DNA of 64,000 bases from Polyangia bacterium (GTDB lineage: Bacteria > Myxococcota_A > Polyangia > JAAYKL01): NCBI GenBank assembly GCA_050287845.1, contig JBNKCR010000045.1, forward strand, positions 15,233 through 79,232, given 5' to 3'. Below are positions 58,262-64,000 of this stretch, piece after piece. The notes under the pieces are model-generated. The model ran no database searches, was not told where the DNA came from, and saw only the letters and a list, made by a program, of their open reading frames with translations. Each line of letters opens with the position of its first letter. Position 1 is the stretch's first letter. A program made the translations under genes and the position numbers.

Positions 58262-60610
58262 ATGAATTACATCCCCCACCGAAGCAACAGAACCCCCTTC
58301 GTCGGCGTTGTGGTGTTGGCTTTAAGCCTGATGTGGTCAGCATGTACTGACCAAACCAGAACTGCCGCGATGGCGTCAACCAAAAAAGACCTGACTGCAG
58401 GCACCCAATCCATTTTAGACTTCGAAAACGCACTGAATGATTGGACCACCCCCAACCTGAACGTTGTATTGTCTGAAAATTACAATGCGACCTCCGGCGT
58501 ATATTCGCTGGCGGTAACCCCCAACGGATGGACCGAACTCCACAGTGCGCAGTTCAACACTCTTGGAAGCGTGAAAAACACAGTTTCTCTGGATGTGCTG
58601 GTTCCTGAGGCAACGAACTGGGGCGATATTAAAATTGTGGTTCAGATTCCATCCAAAAACATCTGGTGGAGTGAACTGGAGACAAAATCGCTGGCGGAAT
58701 TGCCGGTGAATCAGTTTGCCACACTTGAATTTCCAATCCCCGCAGATACGCTTACAGCATTGTTGGATGTGTATGAAGACGCCCGTCTGATTGTGATTCT
58801 CAACGCGCCTGTGCTCTCTGCACCGTATTTACTGGACAATATCATTCTCACCAATGATACGGTTCCAACTCCCACGCCCACGCCCACACCGGGAGAAGTC
58901 GTTGAGTTTTCGTTGAACGGACCAAGTACAGTGCCACTCCTTTCCATTGCGCTGAATTCACACACCACCATGAAAATTGGCGCCAACGTACAGGTTGAGT
59001 CTCCTGAGCTGGATCAATCCATTATTTCTTCGCTCGGAGAAACGCCATTTCAAATGGTGGAACCCGACGCAACGCTGGGCACGGTAATTTCAGCCGGCAA
59101 CGCCGCCCTTGGGGACCGGGTGCATTTGCAGGGGTCGCTCATCGCGCCATCATCCACCCTGGGGCAGAATGTGCTGATTGACGGCGACACGGTCACCGAT
59201 GCGATACTGGAACCCTACACCGAAATCCCCTTTAAAATTGAGTTTCCAACCACCATTACAGAAACCGTCTGGCTGGAACCCACCCAGACTGCGGTACTCA
59301 CGCCTGGCGGTTACGGCATGGTTAGAGTGGGCCCCAACGCAACACTCGCTCTGGAATCAGGCACATACTACATCAACACCTTGAACCTGGAAGACTCGGC
59401 AACCCTGGAACCACCTCCCAAATTAGTATTGCGACAAACAGATGGTCCGGTAATTGTTTATGCCAAAGAAATCGCCGGATTCCACGGCACCATCCACACC
59501 CAGAACGGTGAAGATCCCAACTGGGTGCTGGTATATACCGGACAGCAGGACCTGCACCTGGACAGAAACTTCAACGGCGCCGTCGTCGCCCCCAACGCTC
59601 TGCTGTCACTCCACGCCCGCACCCACAAAGGCGCCTTCTACGCCAACGCCATCAACGTGGAAGCTGGCGCCCATGTGATTCATCAGGTGGCTCATGAAAT
59701 CCTGACTGGTTCAGTGGTTGATATTGGCAATTGTACACAACAAATCGTGGTAGCTTCAAATCTTCAAGGGAAGGAACGGGAGGTTGCGTTTCAAAAAGCA
59801 ATCATCGACTATTGCATTAAAGGCGACATCGACGGGTGCTATAAGACACTTGTCGCCAGAGCAAATGTTGATCGAGCGACTGCTGCACTCCAATTTGTAA
59901 ATGAGGAGATAACCGGGGGACAGTATCTGGGTCTGGCACGGGATCGATCCAGTAAGTTGCGACGTGCGAGACACGACGCCGCATACGCTGCTACTTTATG
60001 TAACGGTGTGGATGTGGATGGTGATTGGGTGACCGAACCGGGAGACAATTGCCTGTCGACTCAGGATCTGATGCCGGTAGATGAATTCGGCTGTGATGCA
60101 ACATTTCCACAGACGCCAGATGATGACGTGGTAAGAGACGGGCTTGCGGAAATAAATCTCGTGTTCAATGCGGCCTGCGCGGACGCAGAGGTTCCGGGCC
60201 TTGCCGTTCCAGGTGGATTCTTCTGGTCCAATAATCAGGCCAAAGTCTTCCTGGTAATGTCTGAAATCACCAATCAACCGCCCGGATGTGGGTTGTATTA
60301 CGAATTTGAACTGCAAGGTGAAACACTGGATGGCCAGCCTGCACATCTGTTGATGTCATTTACTACAGCAGAAAGAACAGAAAATCTGGTCGATTTGGGC
60401 AGACCCGTTCCCAGGGGATTGATTCAGTTTGTCGTAACTGATGCGGACGATGGCGATAAAGGAAAAATGGCCACCGACATTAAACCATATAAGGGCATGT
60501 TCCGGGTTCGGGCATTTAACTATTCGGGAATCAGAAGTCCATGGAGTCAATGGAAAACCATGAGTCAGAGAGATTGTCTCTCCCTCGGATTCAGATGCGC
60601 GAACCTCTAA
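58262..60610 (+). CDS. Modular secreted lipoprotein (beta-sandwich, PT linker, beta-solenoid-like, TSP3-like, Fn3-like end)
   Basis: Lipobox SAC, PTPTPTPTP, GAVVAPNA....GAFYA, DVDGDWV...DNC...VDEFGC, FRVRAFN..G.RSPWS. Confidence 0.78.
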   Translation: MNYIPHRSNRTPFVGVVVLALSLMWSACTDQTRTAAMASTKKDLTAGTQSILDFENALNDWTTPNLNVVLSENYNATSGVYSLAVTPNGWTELHSAQFNTLGSVKNTVSLDVLVPEATNWGDIKIVVQIPSKNIWWSELETKSLAELPVNQFATLEFPIPADTLTALLDVYEDARLIVILNAPVLSAPYLLDNIILTNDTVPTPTPTPTPGEVVEFSLNGPSTVPLLSIALNSHTTMKIGANVQVESPELDQSIISSLGETPFQMVEPDATLGTVISAGNAALGDRVHLQGSLIAPSSTLGQNVLIDGDTVTDAILEPYTEIPFKIEFPTTITETVWLEPTQTAVLTPGGYGMVRVGPNATLALESGTYYINTLNLEDSATLEPPPKLVLRQTDGPVIVYAKEIAGFHGTIHTQNGEDPNWVLVYTGQQDLHLDRNFNGAVVAPNALLSLHARTHKGAFYANAINVEAGAHVIHQVAHEILTGSVVDIGNCTQQIVVASNLQGKEREVAFQKAIIDYCIKGDIDGCYKTLVARANVDRATAALQFVNEEITGGQYLGLARDRSSKLRRARHDAAYAATLCNGVDVDGDWVTEPGDNCLSTQDLMPVDEFGCDATFPQTPDDDVVRDGLAEINLVFNAACADAEVPGLAVPGGFFWSNNQAKVFLVMSEITNQPPGCGLYYEFELQGETLDGQPAHLLMSFTTAERTENLVDLGRPVPRGLIQFVVTDADDGDKGKMATDIKPYKGMFRVRAFNYSGIRSPWSQWKTMSQRDCLSLGFRCANL

Positions 60611-60659
60611 CATCATGTGGAGAAAAATCATGAATTTTGTAAAAACTATAAAAAAAAAC

Positions 60660-62600
60660 ATGCGAATATATTCGGCTACCCTGTTGCTTGGAAGCATCCT
60701 TTTTTCTGTTCCTTCTTTCGCATTGAACTATGGGAACAATTACAACGAAGATGACACGGGTGGTCACAATGATATGATACGAAATATTCTTCAGTTGGTA
60801 AAAGAGTACGAGGGCGAACTCATTGTGGAAGAAGGAGACGACGAATCCTGGATAGAATTTGTCAACGTATTTAACCAAACCAGAGAAAAACTGGCTGGTC
60901 TGACGGTCGACATGGGCAACCCGTATTTCGACGAATATCACAAGCAAACCCTATGCTTTACCCCAGCCGAAGAAAATATTCAGTTGCCGTTGCTGGAAGC
61001 GCAAATTAACGACGAGGAATATCGCGTCGCGAACATTGAATACTCACATACGATACCGGGTTCGATGGGTACTGAAACAAAAAAATGCTATACTGTCTAT
61101 TTCAATCCGGCACAGCACTGTGCATATGATCCGGCTGACAATATGAAAGCATTTCACAATAAATTAATCAGTGAAATTCCGCAGTACATCAATTTTGAGC
61201 GCAAATGGACATCAGGGTCATGCTTTATGGGGATCACAAATAGTATAGAGGATCGCTATCAGGCACTCGGATATGTATTGGGTCGCTGGGCAGCAAAAGT
61301 TGATGATCTGGGGAGCGATCGAACCATGTGGTTCAAGGTATCGAATACCATTGGCGGTAAAATTTTAACAGAAATTGAAACACAAACCATTCAGACATCG
61401 TGGACACTGGCCAATCCTTTTGTCGCCCTCGTTGCCGGTTTCAGATGTCTCGGCAGATTATTTTCAGGAAAGTCCTGCGACTTCAACCATTATACCCAAA
61501 GGCCACCGATTGAAGAACTCAAGGCGTCTGTCAACGGGGTTGGTTCTCATAAAATGAGTAAATACACAGGTATGTGGCATATGATGAATGTCGACCGTGA
61601 GGGCTATGGGGAGTACAATGATATACCAGGCACTGACTTGGAGTGGGCTGGTCCGGGAGGCAACCCGGGGGCACTGGATATGGTTGTAATGGCAGCGGTC
61701 GATCTCACGGGTCTCACAATACACGCCGCAGAGAACACTGGCGTAAAAAATTATGGTCCTTACGATGACACCCCGCGTGTCGAAAACTGGCAATGGCAAA
61801 TTGAAAACATGGGGCATATCGAATTTGCATCACTTTCCAGTCTTGGCGAATACGGGTGGGCGGAATTCAAGAAAGATCCTTCCGGTTCGAAAAATCTGGG
61901 TTGGCCGCTTCATGCGCTGGGCGATACCAGTGTTCCCCATCACCTCGTAGGCACCATGTCATATGGCCATGGCGCGTATGAGAATGCCATGAGCACTGCC
62001 TGGCATAAACTGTTCTGGGAACCGCGTGGGCTTACAAAATATGATGTGATTCAAAATGCCTATCGGTGGTGGAAAGAATTCTGTTGGGACAGCGCCCTTC
62101 AAGAAAAGAAAGACCTGGCCAGCGCCAAAAAGCTGATTGAAGCTGTTGCCGTGGACAACAAACAGTTTTTGGGAAACTGGGCATGGGATGACAGCGCTAC
62201 GAGTAAAGATAAAAAGGAAAACCGATATCTCCTGGATCCCGCGTTCGCAGCGAATGCATCGCAATTGGTTTCCAATTCCAGTGGCGCCACCCTGGCATTG
62301 TTGATGTCCGCATCGGATATGGTGGTATCCAAAGGACACGATCCGGCTACTGATTGTCCAGACGGATATGGCTACTGCGCCACATGGCAGTGTGATTTCC
62401 AGTGCACCGAAGGATTCGCCGGCTATGACCCGACAACGATGGAACCGGTGGATGGATTCAATGTGGGCGTTTTAAACTCAGGAGATTGCGCAATTCAAGC
62501 CTGTGTTGACCATGAAGACTGCGAGAATCTTGGTGAAGATGAAAATGGCCGATATTGGTGTTCAACGACTGGTTGTTGCATTCAAATCTATGTCGAATAA
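60660..62600 (+). CDS. Secreted Zn-dependent phospholipase C/P1 nuclease-fold protein with Cys-rich tail
   Basis: Signal peptide ending SFA. GGH15, VDD, MWH, LGWPLHALGDTSVPHH, GHGAYE. Start could be 60615 or 60630. Confidence 0.72.
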   Translation: MRIYSATLLLGSILFSVPSFALNYGNNYNEDDTGGHNDMIRNILQLVKEYEGELIVEEGDDESWIEFVNVFNQTREKLAGLTVDMGNPYFDEYHKQTLCFTPAEENIQLPLLEAQINDEEYRVANIEYSHTIPGSMGTETKKCYTVYFNPAQHCAYDPADNMKAFHNKLISEIPQYINFERKWTSGSCFMGITNSIEDRYQALGYVLGRWAAKVDDLGSDRTMWFKVSNTIGGKILTEIETQTIQTSWTLANPFVALVAGFRCLGRLFSGKSCDFNHYTQRPPIEELKASVNGVGSHKMSKYTGMWHMMNVDREGYGEYNDIPGTDLEWAGPGGNPGALDMVVMAAVDLTGLTIHAAENTGVKNYGPYDDTPRVENWQWQIENMGHIEFASLSSLGEYGWAEFKKDPSGSKNLGWPLHALGDTSVPHHLVGTMSYGHGAYENAMSTAWHKLFWEPRGLTKYDVIQNAYRWWKEFCWDSALQEKKDLASAKKLIEAVAVDNKQFLGNWAWDDSATSKDKKENRYLLDPAFAANASQLVSNSSGATLALLMSASDMVVSKGHDPATDCPDGYGYCATWQCDFQCTEGFAGYDPTTMEPVDGFNVGVLNSGDCAIQACVDHEDCENLGEDENGRYWCSTTGCCIQIYVE

Positions 62601-62652
62601 ATGCGATTTGCGCCGTCAAAAAAGACGTGAACACACAGCAAAGGAAATGAAT

Positions 62653-63072
62653 ATGTACAAGTCAATCACAATCAGCGCCATAGCACTCTGCTTCTATATA
62701 CTTTCCGGCTGCTCTGAGGCGAAATGCTGGAATAAAATCGCACCTGAAGATCGTACATGTGATTATTATAGCGGTGCTATGCTTTCTCGATGCCATTCTT
62801 CTGATGGACGATTCTATCTGCCTAACTGCCATATCGTGGAGCACTGCACCGACTATCCAGCAATTGACAGCGGTATGTCTGCAGAAACCGATTCTATGGA
62901 CGATACCGATACTGAGCTGTCGACAGATTCAGATTCTGAAACTAGCACACCCACCGACATTGTGTGTGAATACAAGTGTGAGGGAGAACTGATTTCTTGT
63001 GATGACATCACCAGTGAGAGCAAATGCAACAGTGCAGACCATTGCGAATGGTACGACGATTCGATTGACTGA
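62653..63072 (+). CDS. Cys-rich lipoprotein, paralog 1
   Basis: AAGGA RBS. MYKSITI...LSGC, 10 further Cys, acidic loop, ends CEWYDDSID. Confidence 0.85.
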   Translation: MYKSITISAIALCFYILSGCSEAKCWNKIAPEDRTCDYYSGAMLSRCHSSDGRFYLPNCHIVEHCTDYPAIDSGMSAETDSMDDTDTELSTDSDSETSTPTDIVCEYKCEGELISCDDITSESKCNSADHCEWYDDSID

Positions 63073-63096
63073 CAATCCTTTCCTTTCTTGAATCCC

Positions 63097-63176
63097 GCGA
63101 GAATCTCGGCGAAGATGAAAACGGCCGCTACTGGTGTTCAGCCACAGGGTGTTGTATTCAAATCTATGTGGAGTAA
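63097..63176 (+). pseudogene. Orphan 3' fragment of a PLC-like gene allele
   Basis: Encodes ENLGEDENGRYWCSATGCCIQIYVE*, 24/25 identical to the end of 60660-62600. No in-frame ATG after the upstream TGA at 63066-63068. Confidence 0.85.
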
Positions 63177-63228
63177 AAGCGATTCGCGTCTGACAAAAAG
63201 CGTGAACACACAAACAAAGGAAATAAAT

Positions 63229-63699
63229 ATGTACAAGTCTATCGCAATCGCCTTCTATATCAGCGTATTTTCGGGTTGTTCGGATGCAAAATGCTGGAAT
63301 AAGTTCAGCCCGGAAGAACGAAAATGCGAAAGATACAACGTCATGCTTGGTCGGTGTCATTCAGACAGTAAACTGTTGCCATATGTTCCGAATTGTGATC
63401 TGGTTGAATACTGCACGGATTACTCCGCCATTCAACGTGACACTTCCATAATTATTGATTCCTCAGATAGTTCTGATGCTATGACCGACAGCGATTCTCT
63501 TGTCGATACAAACTCGGATACGGATACAGATACGAATTCTGAATCAGATTCAGATTCAGATTCAGATTCTACTACTCCCACTGGCATTGTGTGTGAATAC
63601 GTGTGTGAAGGTAAAATGATTGACTGTGATGATATTACCGATGAAAATCAATGCACTATCGCAGACCAGTGCGAATGGTACGACGATTCGATCGACTAA
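63229..63699 (+). CDS. Cys-rich lipoprotein, paralog 2
   Basis: AAGGA RBS. MYKSIAI...FSGC, same 10 Cys, longer SD/TD loop, ends CEWYDDSID. Confidence 0.85.
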   Translation: MYKSIAIAFYISVFSGCSDAKCWNKFSPEERKCERYNVMLGRCHSDSKLLPYVPNCDLVEYCTDYSAIQRDTSIIIDSSDSSDAMTDSDSLVDTNSDTDTDTNSESDSDSDSDSTTPTGIVCEYVCEGKMIDCDDITDENQCTIADQCEWYDDSID

Positions 63700-63842
63700 C
63701 ACTCTTTTCCTTTCTTGATCTCCGACAAGCAAATCTATAAAATCAAAAGTTGAAATATTCAGAATGTGCACCCAGGGAATATGATGCTCACGAGATTGCC
63801 ATTGGTATGACGATTCAGGTGTTCCCTATGATCCCGGCGCTT

Positions 63843-64000
63843 AGGACAGTGATCATTGTAAAATTGGCACCTTGCCTCCGCTGCATCCCGCCCGACTTCG
63901 TTGCTCGTCGGTCGCATACCCCGGTATGTTCCGCTCCTCGCGCCTTGCCGGTCCGGCGCAGCAAATGCCATGTTGGCAATTTTATTTCGACCACTGTCCT
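63843..64000 (-). mobile_element. 158-bp MITE-like element, copy 2 (inverted)
   Basis: Reverse complement matches 52213-52370 with 11 mismatches. Ends at the last base of the window. Confidence 0.8.

Noticed and set aside
62503..63228. N-terminal extensions of track ORFs 62503..63072 and 63088..63699, which look homologous to each other
   Set aside because: They are off-frame readings of the duplicated PLC-gene tail. The substitution pattern fits the PLC frame, and the true starts with RBS and signal peptide are 62653 and 63229.
63480..63575. GATTCA/GATACA hexamer runs as a contingency locus
   Set aside because: In-frame Ser-Asp/Thr-Asp linker coding. Length changes would not shift the frame, and similar linkers occur in other lipoproteins here.
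1..64000. CRISPR arrays, tRNA/rRNA genes, transposases, integrases, reverse transcriptases
   Set aside because: None recognised by eye or in the ORF track. Small RNAs cannot be excluded without covariance-model searches.

Overview
Moderate-GC chromosomal segment from a Myxococcota/deltaproteobacterial organism, inferred from the XRE-pilMNOPQ operon, the AgmX/PglI-like, GYF and TIGR02266-type PilZ proteins, and many Cys-rich lipoproteins. Most of it is housekeeping (nfo, pyrE, ribF, trmL, rsfS, rlmH, rpsU, uppP), type IV pilus genes, and carbohydrate genes (GH94, a GPH-type MFS symporter, DUF4015, GH10). I recognised no rRNA, tRNA, CRISPR array or transposase. The most unusual part is 58.2-64 kb. 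It holds a modular secreted lipoprotein, a secreted protein with phospholipase C/P1-nuclease-type Zn-ligand motifs, and two diverged Cys-rich lipoprotein paralogs. Between the paralogs lies a start-less 25-codon copy of the enzyme's C-terminus that differs almost only at synonymous sites. This pattern suggests an exchanged effector/partner (toxin-immunity-like) cassette array. Other oddities: a 158-bp MITE-like element (two full copies, one decayed), a PilQ with a roughly 600-aa coiled-coil insert, a FliA-like sigma factor apparently lacking region 3, and an S21 with an acidic N-terminal extension. All assignments come from reading motifs by eye; no database searches were run.
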